Positions 29,252 to 38,774 are shown, counted from the stretch's first letter. The stretch is DNA of 64,000 nt from an uncultured Verrucomicrobiae bacterium (GCA_963804345.1 CAWDPX010000007.1:13614-77613); one strand, 5' to 3'. Notes: generated by a model not told the origin, from the sequence alone. Made by a program: numbers and translations.

Positions 29252-30677
29252 CTGGAGTGGTCTCGTCCAACAGGCAGCGCACAACGTCCGCGGCGGTGTA
29301 GGTGTCGCAACCCGGCTGGAGAAACCGCGCGACTTGCGCGACGTCGTCGCCGGCGGTCATCAACGCCAGTTCCTGTTCCGAATTCGAGCGCACCTGGCTG
29401 AGGCCGATGTTGGCGACCAGTCCATTGCAAAGGCATTTGCGGCCTTGCGCGTCGGCGACCGTCCCGCCTTTTTTGACAAAATCATCCACCGGTTCGGCCG
29501 GGCAGCGGTAGCCCAGCGTCCCGTCCGGTTTGCGATAAAGATGCCGGAGATAACCCAGGTCGCAGATGCGCGTCCGGGCCGCATACCGGTCGGCTGCTGA
29601 AAGTGTGTCGGGCATCAAAACCACCTTGAACGGAAAACCGGTGGGTGAGGCAATCGGGTCGGTGAATACGTGCGCAGTGCCGGCGCGGCTCATTTGCAAA
29701 GCCTGGTGCTTGAGTTCGGGGCGCAGCCCGGATTCATTGCAAAACGCAAAGGCGGTTCCCACTTGAACACCGGATGCGCCTTGTCGCAAGGCCTCGGCCA
29801 GCCGGCCCGGCCGCCCATACGAACCCGCCAGCCAGAAGGGCCGGCCCAGCTCGCGGATTTTTTCGAGGTCAACGATATCGCGCTCACCATATATCGGTTC
29901 GCCGATGGCGTTTAGTTTCAGCGGGCCGCGCGGCGGGGCGTTGTGTCCGCCGGCGGTGTCGCCTTCAATAACAAAGCCGTCCACGTGTCCGCTGGCCTTT
30001 TTGGCCAAAGTCATGGCGAGGGTCACCGAGGCGACGATGCCGAGGAACTGCGGACGTTTCAAAACGGGCGGCTGGCCGTTGAAAAAGGCGCGCGGGTCGA
30101 ATGTGGAAAGGAACTCCTCGCCGGGCTGCACGCCGATGACGTCAATTTTCAACTGGGCCGGTTCGCCTTGCGCCATGCGATCCAGCGCGCCGGGAATGGC
30201 GCGCGGTATGCCGGCGCCCATGAGTATGTAATCCACGTCGGCGAGCATCGCGCCGTAAAGCGAAGACAGGGTGGGCAACTGGATTTTTTCGAGATAATTA
30301 ATTCCGACCAGTCCGCCGTGGCCGTCCTTGGCCAGAAAGACTTCCACGAAGTTGGCCAGCACCGTCAATTCGACGAGCGCCGGGCCGGGGCGGAGCGTGG
30401 GCATGGCCGCAAGTTTGAATGACGCAGACGGGGATTTTCCGCCGGGCACGAAGTATTTTGCCAGCACGCGTGCGGCGACTTCTGGAACGGGGAACCGGCT
30501 CAGGGCATGGCGCAGATGGCCATCGAGATCGCCCAATTGAAGGCTGCGGGCCAGGATGATGGCGAGTCCCGTTCCGGAAACGACGCCCATCTGTCCCAAT
30601 TTGGAAACGGTGCGCGCCAAAGTCCAGCCGGACACGGCAACGCCCATTCCGCCCTGAATAATCTTCGGCTGTAACAT
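29202..30677 (-). CDS. Nitronate monooxygenase family (long form)
   Basis: IIQGGMGVAVS, AGGHNAPPRG, GVQVGTAF. Confidence 0.88.
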   Translation of the reverse strand: MLQPKIIQGGMGVAVSGWTLARTVSKLGQMGVVSGTGLAIILARSLQLGDLDGHLRHALSRFPVPEVAARVLAKYFVPGGKSPSASFKLAAMPTLRPGPALVELTVLANFVEVFLAKDGHGGLVGINYLEKIQLPTLSSLYGAMLADVDYILMGAGIPRAIPGALDRMAQGEPAQLKIDVIGVQPGEEFLSTFDPRAFFNGQPPVLKRPQFLGIVASVTLAMTLAKKASGHVDGFVIEGDTAGGHNAPPRGPLKLNAIGEPIYGERDIVDLEKIRELGRPFWLAGSYGRPGRLAEALRQGASGVQVGTAFAFCNESGLRPELKHQALQMSRAGTAHVFTDPIASPTGFPFKVVLMPDTLSAADRYAARTRICDLGYLRHLYRKPDGTLGYRCPAEPVDDFVKKGGTVADAQGRKCLCNGLVANIGLSQVRSNSEQELALMTAGDDVAQVARFLQPGCDTYTAADVVRCLLDETTPVNGVVHSAAHPSPVSA

Positions 30678-30693
30678 AATATAAACCGCACCA

Positions 30694-30802
30694 CCAGCGC
30701 TTCGCTCCACACGGAGAAAAGCTCACGACAGAAAAGTCCGGAATCACTGGAAGGGTGTCCCTTGAAACACCCTGGCGAGAGTCCGTCGGAAACCGACGCT
30801 GG
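30694..30802 (-). ncRNA. Possible structured 5' leader
   Basis: Starts just after TATAAT (30807-30812, minus strand); closing stem CCAGCG/CGCUGG plus three hairpins. Confidence 0.4.
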
Positions 30803-31023
30803 AAATATTATAGTCCATTTGCCGGTGAATAGGAAGCACTGTTTTTAAAAATTAGCGGCGGCTTTGAGTGGGTGCGCCAGGCGCGCTGGTTCCATTTTTT
30901 TGTCTGTCCGGGCAGGAAGAGCATTCCCGAAAGTTTGATGTTCGCGGCAGCCTTCGGAAAAAGTTGCGGCAAACCTTTGAACCGGGAAATCCCGCCGATG
31001 CGGCTTGCCGGGTGCCGGTCGGA

Positions 31024-31554
31024 TCACGCCTTGCGGTCGAAGAATGGATTTTTGCCGGTCACGCTCAAGGGAATGCCGAGCGCCTGTTTGACCTTCGTCC
31101 CGAACATTCCCAAATCCAGGCACGCCCGGCCGATGGAATACATGATGCGGTTGTCAATGTGGAACCGTCCGGCCGCTTCCGCCGCCGACAAGGTGGCCAT
31201 GCCGAGGTCAATCGAGTTGAAGGCGCAGGTCCCGCCAGCCATCTCGAGCGCCTCGCAGGTCGGCTTGCCGCAGAACCCGCAGTTCAAGCCTGCGGGGTTG
31301 GATTCCACGCCGATGAGCACCAGCGCGGGCGAGTTCGTGATGTTGCCGGCGTCGCGCGCGAGGCCGGGCCGGCTTTCCTTTGTGGCAATCTCGCGCATCA
31401 TGGCGATGACCCTTTGCTTCGTCGGCTCGTCATCAATCGCGGCGGTCTTGATGTTGTCAATGCCGCACGTCTTGGGCGCCGTCCGCGCCGCCGCGGCCAT
31501 CAGCGCGGCAACCTGCAACGCCGCCGATTTTTCCAGTTCAGCCGATGTTTTCAT
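31024..31554 (-). CDS. DUF2148 ferredoxin-like domain protein
   Basis: AARTAPK, NCGFCGKPTC, DLG.A..SA, DNRIMYSIG, GIPLS.TGKNPFFDR. Confidence 0.88.
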   Translation of the reverse strand: MKTSAELEKSAALQVAALMAAAARTAPKTCGIDNIKTAAIDDEPTKQRVIAMMREIATKESRPGLARDAGNITNSPALVLIGVESNPAGLNCGFCGKPTCEALEMAGGTCAFNSIDLGMATLSAAEAAGRFHIDNRIMYSIGRACLDLGMFGTKVKQALGIPLSVTGKNPFFDRKA

Positions 31555-31765
31555 GGCGGAAAAATACGTACCATGCCAGAGGGAAACAAATGAAAAACGC
31601 AGGCGGAACATCGAACGTTGAAAGTTCAATCATAGTGTGGCGCGCGGCCTTGTTTTGCATCGCCATCAAAATGGCGAATTATATCGCCGGTTGATTATAG
31701 TCGTTATCACTTTTAAGGTTGACCTGATATCATTTCGCCCTGATTAATGGTCACGCAGTTTCCCG

Positions 31766-32752
31766 ATGGAAACCATCATCAAACGGTCGGAGAACCGGTT
31801 CACCAGTTTCCTCGCCTTTCTTTTCCTGGTGGGTGTCGGCATCATTCCTGTGTGGGTTGCCGGTGGCTTCGTCGGTTGGATATGTTTTATTCTTTTCGCT
31901 ATTGTCTCACTGCTGCCGCTGTCATCCGTAATTCGACCCGAAACCAGTCTTCTGGCCACCGAGGACGGCAAACTGGTGTGGTGGACCGCCCGGCAGGGCA
32001 AGCGAACCGAAGAAGCCTCCGTGCCCATTGATGCCATCCGGAAGGTGATCAAGCAGTCGCAACCGGGGAGCCGATTCGTGGAGATTCAACTGGTGTTGGC
32101 CGACCAGACGGTTCTTGTCCTGCCGCAGGGCCTGCTCCCGGAGTTCAATGCAAAGAAGATCATTGGCGCGATCAAGGGATTGTCTCCGGCGATTGAGTGT
32201 GAAGAGACGGAGGCAGCGGATGAGCCGGCCAACACCTTGCCTGGCGACGCCGACACCGGACGGCTTGAAGACCGGCGTTCGCCGGCCAAAGCGCGCAAGC
32301 CAAAGGCGGAAAACGGTTGGACGTTAAATGAGAAAAATGCGTGGAAGTTTACCCTTATCTTCGTGGTTGTGGGCGTGGCGTTGGTTGTCGTGGCAGTCAC
32401 CTTGGGAATCTCCACATTTCGATTCGTGCGTGCCGCCAGTTTGGCCAATGGCACAATCCAGAAAATGGATTTGGCCGGCCGCACCGGTCACCATGTTTGT
32501 CGGCCCACTGTTGTTTTCACGGACAAGTTGGGACAGCTCCATACCTTCACGGCGTCCGGCTCGGACCCTCCGGGTTTCAAAGTCGGAGAACAAGTTCGCG
32601 TGGCGTATGATCCCAACGACCCTTCCATCGCCCGCATTGTTGCCTTTCAAACTCTTTGGCTGGAGCCGACAATCTTCGGCGCACTCGGGACGGTCTTTGT
32701 CGTGATGGGGTCCGTGGCAACGTGGCAGGCGCGAAAATTATATGCACAATAA
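31766..32752 (+). CDS. Membrane protein with C-terminal DUF3592-like domain
   Basis: TM pairs; VGEQVRVAYDPNDPSIARI. Confidence 0.7.
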   Translation: METIIKRSENRFTSFLAFLFLVGVGIIPVWVAGGFVGWICFILFAIVSLLPLSSVIRPETSLLATEDGKLVWWTARQGKRTEEASVPIDAIRKVIKQSQPGSRFVEIQLVLADQTVLVLPQGLLPEFNAKKIIGAIKGLSPAIECEETEAADEPANTLPGDADTGRLEDRRSPAKARKPKAENGWTLNEKNAWKFTLIFVVVGVALVVVAVTLGISTFRFVRAASLANGTIQKMDLAGRTGHHVCRPTVVFTDKLGQLHTFTASGSDPPGFKVGEQVRVAYDPNDPSIARIVAFQTLWLEPTIFGALGTVFVVMGSVATWQARKLYAQ

Positions 32753-32914
32753 GGAGCCGGGCCGGTTTCATGGCGGAAAAATGCGAACCGGCGGAGGAAC
32801 ATCGAATAATTTACCACCGGCGGGAAACCGGCAAAGTGTGGGGCTCGTGTAACTCGCCCCTCCGATAAAACAATCGCCGCTTGCGACGGCGGGGGGAATG
32901 CCTAGATTAAGTGT

Positions 32915-34687
32915 GTGTCCACCGATGCCAAACTTTTGAAGTTCAACCCGGCGCGCGCGATTTCCCCCTCGACGGCGCCCGGCCCCGCCGCAAATCCGCC
33001 GCCGCCGGTTTTGCCGGCGGACTTGCCGGCGGCAAACAGCGCCCTGTCGCTGCTGGGCGTGGATTACATTCATTTGAAGACTGAGGACGGCGGCGACCTG
33101 TATCTCACGCGCTTCGGGCTGCCGTTCTGGAAAAACCTGCTGCCGGAGAACTGGTATGCGCGCGAATGGTTCGAGGCCAAGCGCGAGCGGCTGGAGGGCA
33201 CGAGCACGGTCTATAAAGTGCCGACGCGCCCGGTGAACGGCAAGGTGTTGCATCTGGTCGTCAAATGGTCGCGCGTGGGCGAAATGGTCCCGTTCGACAC
33301 CCTCACGGTCAACAAGTTCATCCAGGCGGAATTCAACAGTCCGTTCGAGGAATTTTCGCTGCTCATGGAGTTGCGCCGGGGCGAGGCCGGCCCGGCGGCC
33401 ATTCGCATCCGCACCCAGCTTCCTTTGGCGATTTATGTGCCGAGCGAGCGGTTGCAGCTCTGGCAGACGGGCCGGTCCGAGGACAAAATCCGCGCGAAGA
33501 TAACGCGGCATCCCGGCGTTGAAATTGACATTCTCCGGCAATACGTCGTTCTTTTCGGCTGGATCAAGGGCCTGGACGCGGTGGACACGACGGAAAAATT
33601 AGGGCTGGAAGGCCGGGCGCAGGCGGAATTTCTGGCCCGCGTCACCAGCCTGGTCACGCATGAGTTGTGGCAGAAAGGCTTCCGGGTGGTGGATATGAAA
33701 CCGGCGCACATCATCTTGCGTCCGCAGCCGGACAAGTCGTTGTTGCGCGACCACAACGATCAGTTTGCCTACGCGCTGGTGGACTACGAATTGCTCGAAC
33801 GGACCCCCGAACACGAACAGGCTGTGCGGAGCGTCAACCGGCAGCTTTACCTCAAACACATGGCCCGCCGGTTCGACACCACCACCGCCAATCCGATGCC
33901 GGCGCATCTGCGCGCCACGAACGTGCTGGGGGTGGATTACGTTTTTGGCCGCGCTGAAAGCACCGGGGGATTGCTCTGGGTGGTGGGCAAGGACCCGGAC
34001 CTGTTCAATTACTTTCTGCCGGAACGCTGGCGCCGCACGCCCAAGAAAAAACTGTCCGCCCGCAACCAGATTTTCCACACCCGCACCAAGGACAACATCA
34101 ATCTGGTCTGGAAAGTCTCACGCATGGGCGACTCACCGTGGCTGAAGAATCCCGATGCCCACAAGGAGGCGGCGCGGGCCTACGGCTTCAACAGCCCCTT
34201 CGAGGAATTCGCCTTTGCATTTGAGATGAGCCGCCACGGCGTGCGGACGGTTTATCCCCGCGCCATTTACATGACCGGTCGTCCGCGCGGCCCCGCCCGC
34301 CCGGTGTCCGACGAACGGCGATTCGCCGCGCTGGCGGATTTTCTCACACCCGACGGGCAGCCAGTCGTGCGCAAGGAATACGATTACATCACCATCTGGG
34401 GTTTTTGGAACGGCCCGGACGAACTGCTCGCGGTGCAGGACGGAAAATATTACCAGGCCGTCAACGCCAAGCGCGCCTGCACCAACAAGCTGATTTCCAA
34501 ACAAATCATGGAGGAACTGACGCAGATGGTGACACGCCGTCAGGCCCATTGCGGTTTGGAAGACCTCAACCTCAAACCCGATCATCTGCTGATTTCCTTC
34601 GATTCGGAGCAACACCTGGTGCTCGACACCCTGGGCAAACCGGAAGTGCGGCTCTGCAATTTCGAACTCATCCGCCGCAGACCCTGA
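32915..34687 (+). CDS. Tandem-duplicated atypical kinase-like protein
   Basis: Two homologous halves, each with LGVDY, LPExW, KxSRxG, FNSPFEEF and a KPxH loop. Confidence 0.75.
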   Translation: MSTDAKLLKFNPARAISPSTAPGPAANPPPPVLPADLPAANSALSLLGVDYIHLKTEDGGDLYLTRFGLPFWKNLLPENWYAREWFEAKRERLEGTSTVYKVPTRPVNGKVLHLVVKWSRVGEMVPFDTLTVNKFIQAEFNSPFEEFSLLMELRRGEAGPAAIRIRTQLPLAIYVPSERLQLWQTGRSEDKIRAKITRHPGVEIDILRQYVVLFGWIKGLDAVDTTEKLGLEGRAQAEFLARVTSLVTHELWQKGFRVVDMKPAHIILRPQPDKSLLRDHNDQFAYALVDYELLERTPEHEQAVRSVNRQLYLKHMARRFDTTTANPMPAHLRATNVLGVDYVFGRAESTGGLLWVVGKDPDLFNYFLPERWRRTPKKKLSARNQIFHTRTKDNINLVWKVSRMGDSPWLKNPDAHKEAARAYGFNSPFEEFAFAFEMSRHGVRTVYPRAIYMTGRPRGPARPVSDERRFAALADFLTPDGQPVVRKEYDYITIWGFWNGPDELLAVQDGKYYQAVNAKRACTNKLISKQIMEELTQMVTRRQAHCGLEDLNLKPDHLLISFDSEQHLVLDTLGKPEVRLCNFELIRRRP

Positions 34688-34834
34688 TCGGCGGTGAAGC
34701 TGCAGGCAAGAGACTTTGGCCGGATCCCGCCGCTTGCGCGGGAATAAATTCGTGACGAGGCTGCATTTGGTTCACGGGTCGCGAACCGATTAAATGAGCC
34801 CGGATGACGGAGACATTTGCAAGCTCGAACCAGC

Positions 34835-35158
34835 CTACTTCGTTCGACCGCACCAGGTGCAGGTATAGAGTCCCCGCGAATCCAGAACAAAAGTGGATTT
34901 AACCGAAAAGGAGCTGCAGCAACTGCAGGTGGCCTTATAAACCCCGAGTACGGGAGGCAGGCACAAAATCTCCCGGTCGCAACAGGCGCAAACAATCCGA
35001 TCCTTCTTGATTAAGAAATCCGCGGTATCCTTGATCGAGCACTTGCAGGCCAGATTTGTCAGGCTGCCATGCAACAGATTGGCCGGGCCACTGTCCACAT
35101 GTACTCGCGGCAATTGATTTGCCTGTCGGATGGCGGTATTGCCTACCATAAACTTCAT
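34835..35158 (-). CDS. Cys-rich zinc-ribbon-like small protein
   Basis: CACC, CSCC, CTWC; sigma54-like TGGCAG-N5-TTGT upstream (35236-35251, minus strand). Confidence 0.5.
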   Translation of the reverse strand: MKFMVGNTAIRQANQLPRVHVDSGPANLLHGSLTNLACKCSIKDTADFLIKKDRIVCACCDREILCLPPVLGVYKATCSCCSSFSVKSTFVLDSRGLYTCTWCGRTK

Positions 35159-35377
35159 GGAAACTACGACGTTACACCCACCGCTCTACAGTAATCACTG
35201 CCCTCAATCTGAAACAACTTCCAAACTGATCGTGTTACAATAGTGCTGCCAATTTCTCATTTCTCAGCGACCAGATTTTCTGGAAGCGTGAAATTCCGAT
35301 TCTTTTCCAGGAGCAAAACCTTCTTCAAACCTTTTGCCCGTGGCTGATGCGCGCAGTGTAGAATTTCAAGACACTTT

Positions 35378-35538
35378 TGTCAATAAAACAATACACTTTG
35401 TGAATAACTTTCCTAAATTGTGAATAACTTTTCAAACGGCGAATAACCCGACCGGCTTCGGAGTGAAGTGTGGATATCCCGTCGCCTGGTTAATAACTCC
35501 GGTCATTTTGTGAGTATTTTCCACCCCAATGTGAACAT
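35378..35538. promoter_or_regulatory. Array of co-oriented DnaA-box-like 9-mers
   Basis: TGTGAATAA at 35399 and 35419; variants at 35378, 35438, 35469, 35488, 35509, 35530. Confidence 0.5.
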
Positions 35539-35672
35539 CAAATGATTGTAAAAAATGCGGCATGCACTGATAAAGGAGAAGTGAAGTAAAAGTGTGCTTT
35601 GTTACGAACGAAATGAGTGTGGTTTAACGATCAACACAGAACAAACAGAAGGAAAAATCGATTGGGACAATT

Positions 35673-36383
35673 ATGAAGACTATTCAAAAAACCTTTGGTA
35701 TTATGGCGTGTGTTGGGATTCTCGCCGCGTCGGCCACGTCAGTGCTTGCTCAGCCAGCAAATAACACGTTGGCAGGCCTTGCAGGTATTAACGGCACCGG
35801 TATACCCGGCGCCACTCTCAGCATTGACGATAAAACCTTTAGTGGTTTCACTTTTCAAGCCACTGGTTTGAGTTCTTTTAATCCCAGCGACATTACTGTC
35901 ACTGCGACTGAAAGTGGTGGGGTTGATTTTCTTACCTGGACAGGGAACATGTCCTTGACGTCTAGTAGTTTTAGCACTGCGGATCTTCTACTCAACTACA
36001 CCGTGACCGCGAACCCTGGCTCAATCTTTATGATTGACCAAAGATATATAGGTAGTGTGCAAAATGGAAGTGTTCTGATAAATGAAACCGCTACATCTGC
36101 GGGTGCTCCTACCGCTCATAGTCAATTGTCAGTTAATGATACTTCTGACCCGAATACTTATCCCGGCGGGCCATTCGACGTCGGGGAAAACGACCTTCTC
36201 TCCATAGTTCCTGCTCAGAGCACGCTTTATGTAACCAAAGACATCAGCCTCGTTGTGATCGGAGGCTCTGTTGTTATCGATCAAGTTGAGCAGTCATTCC
36301 ATCAAGTTCCAGAGCCGAGCGTCATGCTGCTCGGGAGTTTGGGTGGCGTACTGTTGCTTTTGAACTCGAGGCGCCGGGCCTAG
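35673..36383 (+). CDS. PEP-CTERM surface protein
   Basis: Signal peptide; VPEPS + TM + RRRA. Confidence 0.9.
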   Translation: MKTIQKTFGIMACVGILAASATSVLAQPANNTLAGLAGINGTGIPGATLSIDDKTFSGFTFQATGLSSFNPSDITVTATESGGVDFLTWTGNMSLTSSSFSTADLLLNYTVTANPGSIFMIDQRYIGSVQNGSVLINETATSAGAPTAHSQLSVNDTSDPNTYPGGPFDVGENDLLSIVPAQSTLYVTKDISLVVIGGSVVIDQVEQSFHQVPEPSVMLLGSLGGVLLLLNSRRRA

Positions 36384-36473
36384 CGCGATTAACGGCGGCC
36401 ATCAGGCACACTTTTCGAAGATAAACCGTAGATGCGTGCATAACAATCAACACAGCAATTTGAATCAGGGCGG

Positions 36474-37115
36474 ATGTTTATGGAAATGACGTTCAAAGCT
36501 GAAGTGGCGGACCACGGGGTCCGTCAGGTGATGGGGTTTGGTCAAAATGAAATTGACCCGACTCTTGTTTCCAGCCGTCAGAGGTTGTGTTGTGGTGAGG
36601 AGGTACGGCCTTTCTGGCTGGAAGACGGACGTTTCAGCGGTGTCTGCAGGAAGTGCGGCCAGACCTTCACGGACAACAGCCAGGTGCGTTATGGAGGGTC
36701 GCCTTGGATTGGGGTTGATCTGGACGGGACCCTGGCCCGCGACTTGGGCAGCGCGCGATGGGACGATATTGGCAGTCCGATTGAGCCGATGCTGATCCGC
36801 GTGCAAAAGTGGATTGCCGAAGGACGCACCGTAAAAATTTTCACCGCCCGCGCCTCCTCCCCCAGGCAGGTGACGGCGATCAAAGAATGGCTGGCCAGTT
36901 GTGGATTGCCGGATTTGGAAGTAACCAACGTAAAAGACCTGCACATGATCGAATTGTGGGACGATCGTTGCGTGCAAGTAACGACCAACCTGGGGGAACC
37001 CATCGGCAAAAAGGCGGGATTCAGGCAATCGAAACGGGTGAGGATGCCGGAAGAAAATCGGCAGGGAATATCCCTGGGATTGTTCAACCGTCTCAGAATT
37101 TTATTAGCTCTCTAG
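36474..37115 (+). CDS. Zn-ribbon + HAD-superfamily phosphatase-like protein
   Basis: CC...CRKC, then WIGVDLDGTLA, IFTAR, LWDDR. Confidence 0.75.
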   Translation: MFMEMTFKAEVADHGVRQVMGFGQNEIDPTLVSSRQRLCCGEEVRPFWLEDGRFSGVCRKCGQTFTDNSQVRYGGSPWIGVDLDGTLARDLGSARWDDIGSPIEPMLIRVQKWIAEGRTVKIFTARASSPRQVTAIKEWLASCGLPDLEVTNVKDLHMIELWDDRCVQVTTNLGEPIGKKAGFRQSKRVRMPEENRQGISLGLFNRLRILLAL

Positions 37116-37276
37116 CCATGATTAATTTGAACCCAAATCCATTTCTTGGCGCAGGAATCCGGTGTGTAACCAGGATTCAAGCAGGTCGTCCCCCGCAAAA
37201 AATCAGCAGCAGGCGAGAATTCGAAATCCGGAACAACCTAACCCAACCAGACAACCATTAAAACCCACTGTAATTT

Positions 37277-37414
37277 ATGCGTATTCCAGAGAACCCAATC
37301 AATCCCATGTCACTCTTTTGGTATGTGGTTTACGCACTGGCCCTCTTTTTGATTTTTGTCACCGGAATCCTGGCGGGCAGCCGGGATTCAAAAAAGGCCC
37401 CCGCAAAAAACTAA
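37277..37414 (+). CDS. 45-aa single-TM small protein (absent from ORF track)
   Basis: MRIPENPINPMSLFWYVVYALALFLIFVTGILAGSRDSKKAPAKN; paralog at 37557. Confidence 0.7.
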   Translation: MRIPENPINPMSLFWYVVYALALFLIFVTGILAGSRDSKKAPAKN

Positions 37415-37556
37415 TCAGAAAAACAAAACTCGAATCAGAAACGCACTCAAACAGGCCCCCGCAAAAAACCAACTGAAAAAAAGTCAGCCACGGCAAAAAC
37501 CCCCGAAACAACCCAGACCAGACCGGTAACCATAAGCACCCCCCCAGCCATAAATT

Positions 37557-37724
37557 ATGCGTGCTCCAATCAACCCACTCAGTCCGTTGATTCTCTTTTG
37601 ATGCGGAATTTATGCGCTGGCCCTTTTCTCAGTTTTTGTCGCCGGAATCATGGCGTATTCCCGGCAGGCAAAGCAGGCCCCCGCCAAAAACCAATCAGAA
37701 GCAACTGCGGGTTCCGGATCCTGA
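37557..37724 (+). pseudogene. Paralog of the 45-aa small protein with in-frame TGA at the Trp codon
   Basis: MRAPINPLSPLILF*CGIYALALFSVFVAGIMAYSRQAKQAPAKNQSEATAGSGS; TGA at 37599-37601. Confidence 0.65.
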
Positions 37725-37757
37725 TGCAAACTCAAACGTGATCAATCAACTAAAATC

Positions 37758-38693
37758 ATGAAAACCATCCAATCACTGCAAAACAAACGAGGAGCCATGA
37801 GGGTTTTGATAAAACCACTCACCAGTCGAGCGTGGTTTTATCAGAACACGCTTATCGCGATTTTGTTTGCCGGTTCAGTTGTTCAAAGCGGCGCGCAGGT
37901 TTACACGCTTTCTTCCCAGAATTCCTCCTTGCAAATCAACCTTGCCGGCGGACTTTCGCCGTGGACGATTGACGGTGTGAATGAGTTGAACCAACAGTGG
38001 TTATACTACAGCGTGGGATCCGGTCCGGTGTACTCGATCGATACCATTGCCCCTTGGTCAACGCCTTCAATAAGCCACGGAAGCGCCCCGACGCTGACCG
38101 AGATCTATTCAAATTCGATCATCAGTGTCAAAACCCAATATACTCTTCAGGGTCAGCCGTCCGGTTCCGACAAGGCTACGCTGGGCAGTTCAATCACGAT
38201 CAATAATAACTCGGGAAGTGCTCAAACGTACCATTTCTACCAGTATTCAGATTTTTATTTGGGCGGTGTTTCGGGAGGCCAGAATGTTCAATTCAACATC
38301 AACGGTGCCGGATCAGCTTACCAAGTTGTCCAGAACGGTTTGACCGGAGTAACCCTGACCGGGACAGTCACTGCCTTAAGCGGAGGGAATCCTGTTGCTC
38401 CGGCAGAGGAGGCCGGTATCTACAATGGAACCATGTTTGGTCTGGTGAACGGGAATCCCGCCCCAATCTTTGACAACACCCTCACCGCCGGGCCGGGCAA
38501 TGTGGATTTTGCTTATGAATGGGATGTGAACTTGGCAGCGTCTGGCAACCCAGGAAGTTCCATAACCTTCAGCGAAATACAGGCGGTCGTGCCCGAACCT
38601 TCCTCCGTAGGGTTGGTTGTGTCAGGAATGGTTGCCTTGGCCTTGTTTTACAGGCGTCGGCAGGTGGGCCAGCGTAATTGCAGCTCTTTTTAA
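37758..38693 (+). CDS. PEP-CTERM surface protein
   Basis: VPEPSS + TM + RRRQ; paralog of next gene. Confidence 0.9.
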   Translation: MKTIQSLQNKRGAMRVLIKPLTSRAWFYQNTLIAILFAGSVVQSGAQVYTLSSQNSSLQINLAGGLSPWTIDGVNELNQQWLYYSVGSGPVYSIDTIAPWSTPSISHGSAPTLTEIYSNSIISVKTQYTLQGQPSGSDKATLGSSITINNNSGSAQTYHFYQYSDFYLGGVSGGQNVQFNINGAGSAYQVVQNGLTGVTLTGTVTALSGGNPVAPAEEAGIYNGTMFGLVNGNPAPIFDNTLTAGPGNVDFAYEWDVNLAASGNPGSSITFSEIQAVVPEPSSVGLVVSGMVALALFYRRRQVGQRNCSSF

Positions 38694-38774
38694 CAGTTTT
38701 AACGAGACTTTGGACAAAACGACAACAAAGTGTATAATAATTAGACAAAAAATCAAACAACAAGAAGGTGTTCT

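Noticed and set aside
34817..34990. Possible ncRNA (CTGCAGCAACTGCAG hairpin region)
   Set aside because: Better explained as the reverse strand of the Cys-rich ORF; no recognisable RNA family
37599..37601. Selenocysteine or genetic-code reassignment at the in-frame TGA
   Set aside because: Aligned residue is Trp, not Cys; no clear SECIS hairpin; TGA is a normal stop for many genes in the window
37180..37700. CRISPR-like repeats (CCCCGCAAAAAA)
   Set aside because: Irregular spacing, short and degenerate, no cas genes; explained by the paralogous small ORFs
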